DNA of 64,000 nucleotides. Source: Octopus bimaculoides (taxonomy: Eukaryota). The notes below the pieces were generated by a model. That model made no database searches and was not told the DNA's origin. It saw only the letters and a program-made list of their open reading frames with translations. The position numbers and the translations under genes are program-made. The stretch covers positions 20,187 through 84,186 of the forward strand of contig NC_068998.1 in NCBI RefSeq assembly GCF_001194135.2, given 5' to 3'. Each line of letters starts with the position of its first letter. Positions within the stretch are counted from its first letter, which is position 1. This document shows positions 50,911 to 64,000 of the stretch, piece after piece.

Positions 50911-52374
50911 AATATAATATATATACATATACATGTCTGTATATATATATACACAATAATATACATATACACACACACACAAACACACATAGAAAGTTAA
51001 GACTAGATAGATAGATAAATAGATAGATAGATACATACATACATACATACATACATACATACATACATACATACATACATACATAGAGGGATTTAAAGAG
51101 ACGGAGAACCGAAGGATTGGGAAACAGAGAGAGAAGAGATTACTGAGGCGATTTCTATAAACATTATCCTAAATGTCAATTTGCCACAGAAGAAAATATT
51201 TTGCAGCGTAGAAGGTGTTTATAAGCCATTTAAAATAACACACAAAAACCGTCAGATTCACTTCAACGTTTAAATTTAAATTATCAAAATATTTTCGTCG
51301 TTTTGAGACCGCGACCTGTTCCTCTCACGGATGAGGGCATGAAATGCCTAGAACTGTCATCCCGCTGCAAAAATAACACTTATTCCTTATTGCAAATATT
51401 CCATATTCTATTTTGAATTTATTTTAAGATTTCAGAGTTATATCCCCACCTTTTTTCATCAAAATTAAATTATATCAAACACCATCAATAGGATGTAATA
51501 TTAGAATTTCTTGTTTGGTTACATTATGTATGTCAACATTGATTTTACTGATACACGAAACAGTAATATTAGCTATTCATCGATATTGACCAGAGGGTAT
51601 TTATTTTCTTACCTATTCGAAACTAGATTTGATAGAATTGAATGTAGTAGTGTCGTGTTAAACATCTGAACCCACGATAAACCTGAATTTACTCCACCAT
51701 TATTACGAAACATTTGTCTTTTGTACAACTATTTACTGCTGTGCGTTTACATAGGACTGAATCCTTTTAATATCAATCATATATACGAGTGCTTCGTTCG
51801 TACTGAAATCATTATAACTATGTTTCTTTATTTAATTTTAGTTGTCTACTTATTCATCGACTTGCATGTCATCGTCTAAATAAAATATAGCAATTATGTT
51901 TACGTAATCCAAGGCAAGTTATACGGCATTTAACATTAAATTAAAGTTACTCTTTTAAATATACACGACTAATCATTTTAAAACATTAACTTTATTTCCG
52001 CCATGTTTACTGTCTCCAACAGATTTTATTTTATTTCTTTATCGCTCGTACACGAATACGTGTTTTCTATTTAATAGAAATCTATTTTATTGAATAAATT
52101 CCAGCTTTGATATTTTATTCAATACCTCCAGCTTTGTTAATCAAATTCTGGCCTCATTCAGTTCACTTGTAACAGTCGCTTAACTATTTATTTAGTAAAG
52201 AAGTATATAGGAGAGAAGAAATATAATGCACACAAATATATGTGAGGCTCGTTTGATTCGTGTGCCTATATTCAAGTTACTGCTTAGTTATATCACTACA
52301 TATATCATGACTTGTATACGTATGTTCGTTTTTGTATATGCATATATGTGTTCAAGAACGTTTGAGTAGATGGT

Positions 52375-52413
<39 letters not shown>

Positions 52414-52477
52414 GGCGTGTGTCTGCACTCGCGCGTGAGTATGTATACACACACATATACACACACACCTATGTATA

Positions 52478-52660
52478 AACGAGGGGGTGCTGAAAAATTC
52501 CTGGCTTTAAGGGTGCCTTAAAATTCCTGGATGGAGACCTAACATTTCGAGTTCCTTTACAGGGCTTAGAAAAGCAGAAATACCGTTGCAATAGATACGT
52601 GAATCTGAGAGGGGAACATGTTGAATGAAATCATAATTAACTGATCCTCCTGTATTTTCT
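52478..52660 (+). mobile_element. Internally deleted mariner (5' TIR plus transposase C-terminus)
   Basis: acgagggggtgctgaaaaattcctggc terminus and LQGLEKQKYRCNRYVNLRGEHVE*; right TIR missing. Confidence 0.65.
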
Positions 52661-52689
52661 TTTACAGAAGTCATCATCAACAAGTACAA

Positions 52690-53420
52690 GAACAACAATA
52701 AAAGTTCTAATGTTACTATATCCAGTCTTCGGTGTCTAACATCTTGTCTGTCTGGAAGTCAAAAGTCCCAGAGGATTTTTGCCTTCCCCTTTTCGTTCAT
52801 TACCTTTTCCGATGTCTGTTGGGACCAAGAACCCGTTACCTCGTATCCAAACTTCCAGCATAGTAGCCAGTGAAGGTTTTGGGCTACCTTGCCGTGTCTG
52901 CGCTTGTACTTTTTGCGCAAGACTTTCACAACAGTGTGAGTCACGCTTTCAACCTTTTCCCTACACATTCTTCACAGGTTCGTTGCACTTGTGTGTATAT
53001 GTATCCCTTTTCACTGAGTTGCGATTCAATGCCTGATCCTGGGTAGCGAGGATTAGGCTTTCAGTCTTCTTTTTAAGGTCACTCTTGCTAAGCCACCTCT
53101 ATGGTGCTTCCAGGTCTGATCATGTAATTCCATGCGAAGTAGAGTTTCTTCTCTCTCGTTGGCTATTCGTGATCGGAATTCATTAGCACTCTCAAAGCCT
53201 ATTTTTGGTAAATCCTTCTGCATAAGCAGCATATTGTAGTAGGTTTTGTTTGCTATTTACTAAATATTGTGCCATATTTCTTCTTTCATTGTTGATGCAC
53301 CCCCGCACGGTAATCACACCACGCCCACCTTTACACATCTTCAGCCTGTGTACGTTCGCCTTATTGTCACTACATGTCGATGTAGTGGCCATCAGTGAAG
53401 CCAGACTCTCAGGCCGACTA
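52690..53420 (-). mobile_element. Degraded Dong/R4-like retrotransposon (post-RT, CCHC, RLE start)
   Basis: ANVHRL...GGRG, TESLILATQDQAL, MCREKVESVTH, YKRRHGKVAQNLHW, KAKILWDF. Confidence 0.82.
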
Positions 53421-54119
53421 GCGTTCAAGTCCATTTTCGGTGGATATGAGATGTATGCACATAGATATATACACACTTATAATGTAAGCTTATATTCATG
53501 CTATACACATTTACACATACCCTTACATATTCCATGGAAGTATAGGCGTGTTTGCTTTTATGTAAATTCCATCTCTCTCTCTCCTCCGCTCATGTGCGTC
53601 TGTGCGCGTGTGCGTGCGCGCATGCGTGCGCGCATGCGTGCGTGTAGGTGTGTGTTGGTGAATGTGTGTGCGCGTGTGCAAGTGTGTTATGAGTGTATGC
53701 CGGTATTGTGCTACATAGAGTAGCCATTATTTAAAGACAAATTCTGTTGGTTTAAATTTGTTTATATTTCACTGCTAAAATATTTGTTGTTTGGTCTTCT
53801 CATTCTATTAGTGACCTACACTGTTGACTGACAACATTGTAGCTTTTAGAAATACAATAAACGCTAGCCATCTTCATTGTTAGACACCTTAATGTAAGCC
53901 ATGGAGTAGTTGTCCAGAATGCAAAAACTAATGGATTTTATGAACAATAACGATTTTCTGACAGCAATAGTTTTAATTGGAGAAAAATACCTGAAACATG
54001 GTATCGACTTTTGCAAGTTAAAGTGTTTTAGGTATGGTTTCAAAACCAGCAATTCCTGTTGATTCTCTGAGCAATTAAGGACATCTCTGAATACGTGATT
54101 AATATTGACCTGTGAAGTG

Positions 54120-54270
54120 CAGCGGCGGCGGATTCAATAACTCGCTGGAGAATTTTGATACTTTTTTGAGTTTGAATTCTACCTCGGTCAAATTTGCTTT
54201 CTGTTCCTTGCGGGTTGGTTTAAATAAGTTCTAGTCAACGGTTGGTGTTAATTTCTTTGATTACACTCAT
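54120..54270 (+). mobile_element. Highly degenerate SINE
   Basis: gagtttgaattctacctcggtcaaatttgctttctgttccttgcggg resembles the core. Confidence 0.4.
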
Positions 54271-55293
54271 CTCTCAAAAGTATTCCCCTCCCCTACACTG
54301 CTGTTTAAAAGAAACTATTTTGGCCTCTTAAAGGGCGATGGAGCGAGAAAAACTGAGTCGGATTAGAAGGGATAAAAGTATTAGTGTGCTAGATTAGGAA
54401 CGATAAAGGGTTAGTGTCCCGGATTAAATTCCTTGTAATATTTTGAAATATCATTTTCTATTTTGAGTTCAAATCTCTCCATCGCAACAATGTACCTTTG
54501 TTCGAAATTCTCGGTCGTTGTCCTAATATCAAAAGCCAATATCGACATTTTATATTAAGACATATACACAAATGTTTTGTGGGATATGGGGGAAAAACTG
54601 AATAAATTTATTGATTCTGTAACGATGAAAGACAATGTTGTCTACCCTGAAAGCTGAACTGAAAACATTGAAAGACCACAGGATAACATGAATGTTTCTC
54701 CCACAGTACATCTATTTATTAAGGTAATTTTTAGTGTAGTCACTTGGAGTAGGTTTGTGATGAAATTATTATTGTTATGTGGTTTCACACCGAATGAATT
54801 TGAAAGAACCACCCCGCTCAACTATCTGTATCATAATTGCTTTGTTAACATGTTCACTGTTATGACAACTGTGTGTTTATAATTGTATCTGCTACTAGTT
54901 GAATACAAGTCAGAAATGGCTTTATTTTTGCCGCCTTTTCTTTAAGCGTTTGCTTCAATCCTTGCTCTATATTTTCCTGTGTTTTATTTTGTTCTCTTTT
55001 AGTTATTCTTTTCCTTTTTTTCATCTCAAGCCATGCTTTGTTTCTTGTGTCTCTTTTTGCAAGATCTTCTTCTCTTCAATTCACATCAGGCATAGTGATA
55101 ACCTTTGCCTTCCTCCTGCTGCCCAAAGTCAAGCAGTTTCTTAAAGACTGACGATCTTTCGTCCCTTTCATACGTAATTAACTGCTGTATATTTGAAAAC
55201 TTACCTCTCTACTCTCTTCTCGTTCGTACACTTTCAATATCATTCATTATTTTCATTGATTCAGTCACATACTTCATTACATCTTTCTTTCTT

Positions 55294-55346
<53 letters not shown>

Positions 55347-55797
55347 ATCTCTGTCTCTCTCTGTCTCTCTCCCTCTTACAAGTTCTCTATCATTCACTCA
55401 TTCTATGTACCACTGATATTTTATCAGGTTGCCTCTCTAATTCTATCCTCTCCATCCTAAAACTCTATCCTTTTCCTCTCATATTCCACTCTTATGCTTT
55501 CTTTCCTTATTTACTAGGTTATAAAGATGTGCGAGTGGATAGGACAAAATACATAGAAACGACGGTAGGGTTAAGTGGATAAGGATTAACGACAGAGAAT
55601 CAAAAGAAATTTATATAAAAACATACAATAATTAAGACAAAACGTAATTAATGGAATGAAAATAATTGAAGCTTGGATCATCTAAAGGTGCTCTTAAGTA
55701 TTCTTGTGTTAATCATTCAAAATAGCAGGTAACTTACTTTAATGATCTTTGTTATGATTGTACAGGTAGCAGAACCGTTCCACATAAATTGGTAGTT

Positions 55798-55920
55798 GTA
55801 CTCTAATGTGAGACAGGAGTACTTTTATGTGAACAGGAACACTATAATTTAAAACTACAGTACTCTAATGTAACACTGAAGTACTCTAAAGCGGGTGGTA
55901 GTACCCCACTGAAACAAGAA
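55798..55920. repeat. Degenerate 20-21-bp minisatellite, ~6 units
   Basis: gtac/acac-initiated units at 55798, 55819, 55839, 55860, 55881 and 55901. Confidence 0.6.
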
Positions 55921-55926
55921 TACTGC

Positions 55927-55999
55927 TACATTATTTACATTTGACGGATATTTGTCCTCAGCTTGTTTGTTGCTAACACAACGTTTCGGCTGATATACC
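55927..55999 (-). mobile_element. Hammerhead-motif repeat, copy 2 (5'-truncated)
   Basis: Reverse complement reads GGTATATCAGCCGAAACGTTGTGTT..., homologous to 3523-3593. Confidence 0.65.
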
Positions 56000-57412
56000 T
56001 TTATTTCGGTGCTTATATCAAGATAGAATCAACAGAAACGACCAGCACTTTTCTGATTTCAAACATCTTAGAACACAGAGACAACAGAAATGTTTGAAAG
56101 AATTCAATAAATGCAATTCTGTATAAAAATAAATTCATTCGGATTGTTTTCAAAAGATTCTCTTCCAAACATCAAGAATACACCGTTCATTTCTTGTTCG
56201 TTTACTTGAAATCCGAGAGTCCGATGCATAAATGTCAAACTACTTTAGCATGAAAAGCGCCCTTTCTCCTTCAATACACTAGTTTATTATATATTCAAAA
56301 GTTAGCCTATTGTCCTCTGCTTTATTAAAATACTTTACGAATGTTATAAAAGCTTCACGTCCTATTTTAATCAATAAATTGCATTTCCTTTAGTAATTCC
56401 GGGAAATAGAACCTACTGGACACTTTACTCAATGTCTTCTTGTCTACTTGCTCTCTACTTGTCAGGTTATTATCAGCCGCTCCTCAATGTCTGTTTGTTT
56501 GTTATTTGTTTGATTTTCTTAACTATTGCACATAAATGCAAACACTACAACAAAGTTCCAAGATTTGATGTCAGATCTTCAGCACGATCATATAACAAGC
56601 ATGGTCGTTTTTTTATTGAAATATAACGAAGAAAAAAAGTAGAGTTAATCCTTTTTCTTTATACAAGTTCAAATTCTACCACAATCAGTTTTGTTTTGTG
56701 TTGCTTCTGTCTTTAACAAAAACAGAAGTTTGCGGGGAGGAATGAAAGAGCTACTTCCATTGAGTTTCCAACTCTAAAGTGAGAAAAACCAAAGCTAATT
56801 CCGACAATATATTTAATTCAATGGATATTTGTTGAATATTGCGTGGAGTCAATTATTTACTGGACAACATATCAACATTTCATTTTCTATTTATGATGAA
56901 TTGGTTTGATCAAGTTCAGCCCTGGATTAGTGTTCTACCAAACATTACACGGTTTATTTAACAGAAGGTAATGCATGAGATGTTAAATGACTTGGCATTC
57001 CATCCTACAGGTTCACATTGTTAGTATACTGTGAGTAAATATGAATATGTCGCTACATTTGATTTAATAATTACTTTGAAAGTCCTCTTGTGTGAAGTTG
57101 GCGGCATCACGCGGAAGGCCAAAGTTTGATTTATATTGTTAGAGATGATGGGTGGGTGTTCGAAAATCTGTTATTTCCTATTGGCTGCAAATCATGGCAA
57201 TGACAGATCTCTTATTCTAACAAATTTAATTACAGACAGACCCAACGAATTATTCCATATACGAACGAAGTGTCGGTTTAGAAGACGGTGGTGGATGAGG
57301 GAGCTTAGGTTAAATTATTTAAAAATAAAGAAATATCTGTTAGCAATGTACTCTGTGAATGGAGTTCCATAATTCATTGAGCAGCAACAGTTAAACAATG
57401 TAGTTCCACGTT

Positions 57413-57600
57413 CACGCCGGGCGAAATACTTAGCGGTATTTCGTCTGTCTTTATGTTCTGAGTTCAAATTCCGCCGAGGTGACTTTGTCTTTCATCCTTT
57501 CGGGGTTGATAAACTAAGTAGCAGTTGCGTACTGGGATCGATCTAATCGACTGGTCCCGCCCCAAATTTTCGGGCCTTGTGCCTAGAGTAGAAAAGAATA
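57413..57600 (+). mobile_element. 5'-truncated SINE with a perfect 12-bp TSD
   Basis: TAGTTCCACGTT at 57401-57412 and 57601-57612. Confidence 0.9.
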
Positions 57601-58349
57601 TAGTTCCACGTTGTACCTCTCCCATACATCAGACCAACTAACCTTCTCTATCGTTTATGGTGATTTGAACACAATATTTCTATTAACAGCAATTTTAACA
57701 ATTTTTCATCAACTGATCTCAATAGTGTCTATTAGTGACAGTCATATTGTTTATCGTTGGTGTGGAAATAAAAACAGTGTGGAAATAAAACAGTTTATAT
57801 CAAAGTGTTCCCTCGATACAACGACACACATGAATTGATCGCTCCTCAACTCTACACAGCATCAAAATATAACATTTCATGTTGACGTCCAATATACAAA
57901 ATCGTCCACCCGTGACTGTGTCGGTTGTTTATACCACTACTATATGGAATTTATAGCATCGTCATGATACACTATTTCGGCGCTAAAAGAATTGGTTCGT
58001 CTATTTTTCTGTTTTCATTTTTTGCATTACATAAAACACGTGTCAGGAAACAAACTGAAGCTATTACGGAAGTTACTTAACTTAGCTGTCATCACCTGGA
58101 GTGTTATCAGATTTCTCACCTTCCTTTTACTCTTTATTATTAGATAAACTAAGCACATTTTATTCTCTCAAATACAAACCTATGTATGTACGTATGTATG
58201 TATGTATGTATGTATGTATGTATGTATGTATCTTTCTGGCAGTCTGTTCTGTCGATCGACCTATCCTGTTAGTCTGTCAGTCTGTCACAATCCTTTTATT
58301 TTTTTCGTCACCTGCACTGTTATCAAATCTCTTCCTCTCTCCCCACCTC

Positions 58350-58392
<43 letters not shown>

Positions 58393-58525
58393 ATCTAAAA
58401 TATTACTACTGGAACAACCAATATTATCTATTTCGAGCATTTAGCTCTGTCGTAAGAATTAATCTAATGCCTCTATAATATCTCTTTCCATTATCAACCG
58501 TTTTTTCATGTGCGTGTAATTGTGT

Positions 58526-58557
<32 letters not shown>

Positions 58558-58849
58558 CTGTGTGTGTATGCGTGTATGTGTGGGTGCATGCGTTTGTGTA
58601 TGCGTGCATGCGTATGTGTGTTGTACTCTTGTCTCTATTCCTAAAGTGTATCTAAATATATATTCAGTTTAATTATTTCTACATCATTATATTTACCCAA
58701 GATATTTCGTGTGGCAATGAAGACATGTGTTCGTATAAACTACATTAGTTTTATTACATCAAATGATTCTGGTATTATTTTAGTCTCCATCTGTATGTGT
58801 TATTGTATGTGCAATTAATGTACCTTGTTTTTAAGAGTGAGGGCGAAGT

Positions 58850-59111
58850 GAGGAAACAGTCAGAGATAGTGCGTTATTCACTTAGGTGCCGCAATACATA
58901 AGCATCTGACAGAGTTGAGCGCTGAGGTAATCGGTCGCAACGAATCGTTCTGTGAAATCTGCATGAATATCTAGATCTTGGTGACGTCTGAGGACCTGAA
59001 GGCTATCTTGGAGGTGTGAGCAATGGTGAGAGTGGCAAAGTTAATGAAAATGGTTATTCAACGGAGAAGACCCAGTTGCTATGTGTTTGGGAGTGACAAC
59101 TGAAAGCCTTC

Positions 59112-59199
<88 letters not shown>

Positions 59200-59480
59200 A
59201 TGTAGATGGCTGGCTGGAAGTCCCTCGCGAATTTCTCAACACACTATGTGGTGCCAGAACTTTACTGTAATCGAAATTGATTGACAGAAACTGTGATGAT
59301 TGAGGGGATGGCAACAGCGGAAAGCAGGAGCCGCGGAGGAAAGATGCTTGTTGGAAACTGTCCCTCGACAGCATTAAATGCGGCTCAGAAGATGTGGAAC
59401 ATTCACAGTTTAGATAAAACCAAAGATACTCAGAGTAAATTAAGTGAACCAAGTTAGAAGGAGCTGAAGGTGAGTGTTCT
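58850..59480 (-). mobile_element. Degraded CR1/L2-like LINE 3' region interrupted by (AG)n
   Basis: Weak similarity (…TSIFPPRLL…TVSVNQ…YSKV…) to CR1/L2 ORF2 C-termini. Confidence 0.4.
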
Positions 59481-59692
59481 GATAATATGTGAATGGTGGC
59501 TACTCACCCTTTGAAGAGGGATCGCTTTTATTTGGTTTTGTATATTAAAGGCTTAGTTTGTTTAAATACATGATGCGATATGTTGGGATATGTGCTCGTG
59601 TGTTCTATGCTTCCTTAAACGTTTTGTAACTTCATATGATGCGTATTTGTGCAAATGCATTGTCGTAGGAAAGAGATAGAATTATTATTTTG

Positions 59693-59915
59693 GAGGGCAT
59701 GGATTGGTAGAATCGTTAGATCATCGGCAAAAAAGCCTTAGTGTATTAATTCCGAGTCTTTACATTACGAGTTCAAATCCCAAAGAAGGCAACTTTGCAT
59801 TTCATCTGTCTGGGGTCGATAAAATAAAGTACCAGTCAAGTATCAGAATCAATTGTATCAACTAAGGTCCTACCTCAAAATTGCTGGCTTCGTACCAAAA
59901 TGAGAAACCATTATC
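59693..59915 (+). mobile_element. Degenerate tRNA-derived SINE
   Basis: ggtagaatcgttag, gagttcaaatc and ctttgcatttcatctgtctggggtcgataaaataaagtaccag. Confidence 0.7.
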
Positions 59916-62362
59916 ATTATTACTTTGTAGTAGTTTAATGGATGCAGTCTACTTCCATTACACTGTCCGATGCATATCGAAATCTATCCAGTTAACTTTC
60001 TCTCTCTCTCCCTCTCCCCCTTCCTCCCTTTTTCTGTCTGTCTCTCTCTCACATCCTTTCTCTCTCGCTCTGTGTGTGTGTGTTTGGCTTCTCCCTCCCT
60101 TTCTCTTTCTTTATACATATATAATGAGAGGAGGAGAGAGAAACATAGATGTATGAAGATGTTTAGTTGACCTATCTGATATTATTTAACCCCCGCGAGA
60201 AAGTTTTGCTAAAATATATATTGAATATTATGCAATGGCATCAATAGTTATAGCTTGGAGATAAATCTAGACAAGTTAAGAAAGAGCAGCAGTTTTGCGA
60301 GAGGCTTTTAATGTTAAAACATTTTCTATTATGTCTAAGTGTTTTGCCCTGCAGGAAGTCCTGTACGTATTGTTTTGAATATTTTTTGAAAGTTAGTTCT
60401 CTTTATCTCTATAAAAACATAATAAAGGCTCGCGATTGTATTAAATATAGAAGAATAATTTAGCATATAATTTTATTTTTCTGTTGATTATATAGCAATA
60501 CATTTTGAGCTCCAATATATCATGGTTTCCTTTTTACGTTCGTCGCTGACGATCGTCAGAGTACGATGATGGCACTGAAAGTAGTCAAAGTAGCTCTCTG
60601 TATCCATTCTGGCTCAGAAAGGATGGAATTTCGTAGCCGATTCACTGATTCACGTGATCAAGGTGGTTATCTGCCAGTTTTTTGGGGTATTTTCCTCCAC
60701 AGCTTACCAGTCGGAAATTTCTTAACGATAAGCACATTCAACATATGGATCAATATAATGTAAGGATGGAGTGGGAGTCTGGGATGAAGTATCAGAGGAA
60801 ATAGTGAAATTCACTCCTCACCTGAATTTTGTGTAAGTATCCCAATTTACTTGTATGAATGAACAGCTCTATTTAATAATCGATGTGTGGTAATTTTTAT
60901 CTCAACTTTCCAAGAAGTAAGCAGTTGGAATAGGTCTTCTTTTTTATGAAGCAACACTAAATTATGGAAGTTGATACTTATTCAAGATTATGTTCCAAGG
61001 ACTCTTAATAACTTGATATTCGTCAGGTAGATTGTACTACAACACTATGTCACTCCAGCGGACTTTATTTCTACGACACACTTAACAACAATATTTACAG
61101 TAAGGTGAATTGATAAATGTCTATGCTATGGACACACAGCAGATGATGGAACTGTTAAAGGAGGGCCCGAACAACAGAGGTATATAAGAACACCTTCAAA
61201 ATTTCAAAGAAAATTCAGCTCTCAGCCAAGTCAAATATAAAACCATTGTTTTTTTTTTCTGTAGGAGGGATTTAACAAATTGTATGGCTAACTTGATATT
61301 GAAAAATGGTTTGTCGTTTTTGAGAACGCATCCTGGATTTTCGATGTATTGACTCTCCTCCAGTGGCTGTCCTATTTCTATTATTATGTTTAGATATTAC
61401 GTAAATTCAAATAAAACGTTCGTGCTTCTGATTTGTATCTGATTTGTTTTTTTAACAGCATAAATTTGATGAAGAACTAGGTTGCAACACTGAAATGATT
61501 AACGAGCACCAATTATTTTTAAAAAAATCTTGTGTTATTGTTAATATTGTAATTCTTTCCATCTTGAGAATTAATGCTGGAAATTTAATTCCAATACTTC
61601 TCGTATTCTTGTTATTTTCTTTTCTTTTAGTTTTCTTTTGTTGATTTCTATTTTTGCGGCCATAACCAACAATGTGTTATTCTATCCTCACTGTTATGTC
61701 CGCTTCTGAAATATCTGACAATATTATAACAGTTTGCGTGATAAAACTGCCACTCTGCGTGCTAGCAAAGTAGTGTGAAGATATTCAGATAGCAACTGTT
61801 AATTGGTAAATTAAATAGATTAGCATGCTTGACTGATTAATAAGCACAATCTCTAATTGGAAATCATAATTTTCTATCATATAAATAAAAGACCCGCAAA
61901 ATAAGTAAAAACGTGTTAGAAGAATATGCAGAGAAAATAGATTTTTATATTTAGATCTATTTATTTTCGCATTATATCTGGGTTGTTTTCTTCCATAACA
62001 TTCCAACGAGAATGAATACATATGACGATAGCTATGTGTACCTCTTTGTGTGTTTGTGCGGTGATGTTTATGACTGCATGTCTATGAATGTGAGTGTATG
62101 TATATATATAAATGTGTNNNNNNNNNNATATATATATATATATATATTAACATGTGTGTATTACACATACGCACATACACACACACATACACTTATGTCC
62201 ATAAACAAGGGATGTGAAGAACACAAAATGGTGGACGAGATATAAAAATCTTAGTGAACAATATGGAGAGGAGGAAGAGAGAAGAGAAACGAGAAAAAAT
62301 GCGCGAAGCGACGACAGAGGATGATTGAAAAAGAAGCAGTAAGGCGTTAAGAAATTGCTAGG

Positions 62363-62409
<47 letters not shown>

Positions 62410-62477
62410 GTGTTTGTATGGACGATAATGATAGTTTATAACTTTTATAGCCACTAGCAATATTTTAGCAAATAGTT

Positions 62478-62522
62478 TCAATAATAATAATAATGATAAT
62501 AATAATAATAATAATAATAATG

Positions 62523-62553
<31 letters not shown>

Positions 62554-62603
62554 TAATAATAATAATAAAACTTGTACAAATGCAAAGCAAAAGTCAAACA
62601 TAA

Positions 62604-62681
<78 letters not shown>

Positions 62682-62700
62682 TATTATTATTATTATTATA
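62478..62700. repeat. Long (TAA)n arrays ending in an abutting (TTA)n tract
   Basis: Read directly; orientation flips at ~62680. Confidence 0.95.
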
Positions 62701-62729
62701 ACTACAACATCACCAACGATACTAGTAAG

Positions 62730-62960
62730 AGGAAATAATTGATATTGCAATGCCTCGGGAGACTAGAATTGATATGGAGGAAGACGAAAAGGTGGAGCTG
62801 AAGTACGAGTGTTCCAAGTCATAATTTGGAAATATGGAGTTACTCAACTACAGATGTTATAGCAATAGAAATAGGATATCAATTTAGAGTCGGTAATGAA
62901 GGAGTGGAAGAGGGAGAAACAAATGATAGCAATATTAATAAAGATATCTGGGGTCTCTAA
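62730..62960 (+). mobile_element. Possible RLE 3'-end relic after a (TAA)n array
   Basis: IDIAMPRETRIDMEEDEKVELKY resembles the IDIAVP.D..I..KE.EK..KY RLE motif. Confidence 0.4.
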
Positions 62961-63669
62961 TCGACTGGACAGATGTTGAACTAATCAGAAGATAAAATTT
63001 CAATAGTATATTTTCAAAAATATATTTTATATGGAATAGTGAGAATATCAATATTGGTAGAAATGTCAATTAAGCAATTATAATTACTTTAGAACCCAAG
63101 GTTACAAATTTCAGCAAAAGATCCTAGAAAGGAACAAAAGAAAAATAAGAATAACGAAAGAAGAAGCCAAATGTTGTAGTCAAAGTGTTCTTTGTATTAA
63201 TCGGTGCAGTGACCGATGTTACGGTGATGTTAATATAATGTTTAATAAATGTTTAATAAATGTTTAATAATGTTTAATAAATGTTGTATTTGAACCAGCA
63301 TCGAGTAGAGCGACATTTGTTACAGCCGTTATAGAAACAAGACGAAATTCTGTCAACGCCAGCCGCAGCTGTGTTCGGTGTTAAAACTGTGTCAACAGAA
63401 CGTTGCTCTCCATCTATTATTAATATTTTGTCGTATTCCGACATATTTTGAAAACTGGAAAAAATGCAAAGGATATATGACAGGGGTACAACCCCCAAGA
63501 GGAGTGTGGTGTAATTATACAGATATGTCACCACCTCGATCCAGACAATACAAGCTAAACAGTTATACAACAATGTTTGAGTGAATCGGTTGCAACCGGC
63601 TGAAACGCTTGATTAAACACTCAAAACTCACGAAGTTCCAGCTTTTTATATCTTCCTAGTATGGCGGCC

Positions 63670-63735
<66 letters not shown>

Positions 63736-64000
63736 TTTTCTTTATTAACTGCTGAGGGTTCACATAAAAACATTGGGGACGTAACAGGACACTACGGTAC
63801 AGATAAAGTGGGAGTAAAACGTGTAAACAAAAGAAAAACAGTAACTAAAATTCTAAAAATCATATCCCCTACAGAAGGAGGCTGCCTAGTTCTGGTCGTT
63901 GAAACCCCACAAAAACTACGATCACCCTAATCTCTTCATCTGCTCTCGATCTAACGGCGCATGGACTGCAAAAATGAAAAAGCTTAAACATTTTGGGGCA

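Noticed and set aside
51280-51335. Third hammerhead-like motif on the minus strand (GTCG...CGAC-GAAA-ATATTT)
   Set aside because: The 3' half fits (stem, GAAA, palindromic AATATT) but the CUGANGA core is absent in this copy.
62347-62750. Poly-Leu/Ile/Tyr ORFs (also 40923-41165, 63661-63930 and the LSLS/VCVC/ERER ORFs)
   Set aside because: Microsatellite translations.
63735-63960. Retroelement 3' end on the minus strand with an (ATT)n tail
   Set aside because: A plausible AATAAA plus tail is present, but there is no diagnostic coding motif to assign it.

Overview
AT-rich, microsatellite-dense animal DNA with six N-gaps. The repeat landscape suggests an octopod cephalopod (inference). One host gene is supported: a complete calpain-5 (CAPN5/tra-3-type) gene on the + strand. 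It has 12 coding exons over 4221-33586, joined by hand through GT-AG junctions into a stop-free 1905-nt CDS (634 aa), with an intact Cys80/His246/Asn278 triad and CysPc-C2L-C2 architecture. Introns and the downstream 30 kb hold transposon relics: RTE LINE fragments, Dong/R4-type RLE retrotransposons, a Helitron helicase, a full-length dead mariner, an hAT MITE, a Chapaev-like transposon and Nin/Deu-domain tRNA-SINEs. The most interesting signals are: (i) two separate repeat families carrying minimal hammerhead-ribozyme-like folds with palindromic helix III (Penelope-type); (ii) RLE retrotransposons sitting inside (TAA)n arrays; (iii) several long foldback elements, including a palindromic tRNA-SINE; (iv) a (TTAGGG)4 insert inside a transposase frame; (v) an apparent CpG-decay and TE-family boundary just past the gene end. 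All translations, alignments and counts were done by eye; no database search was run.
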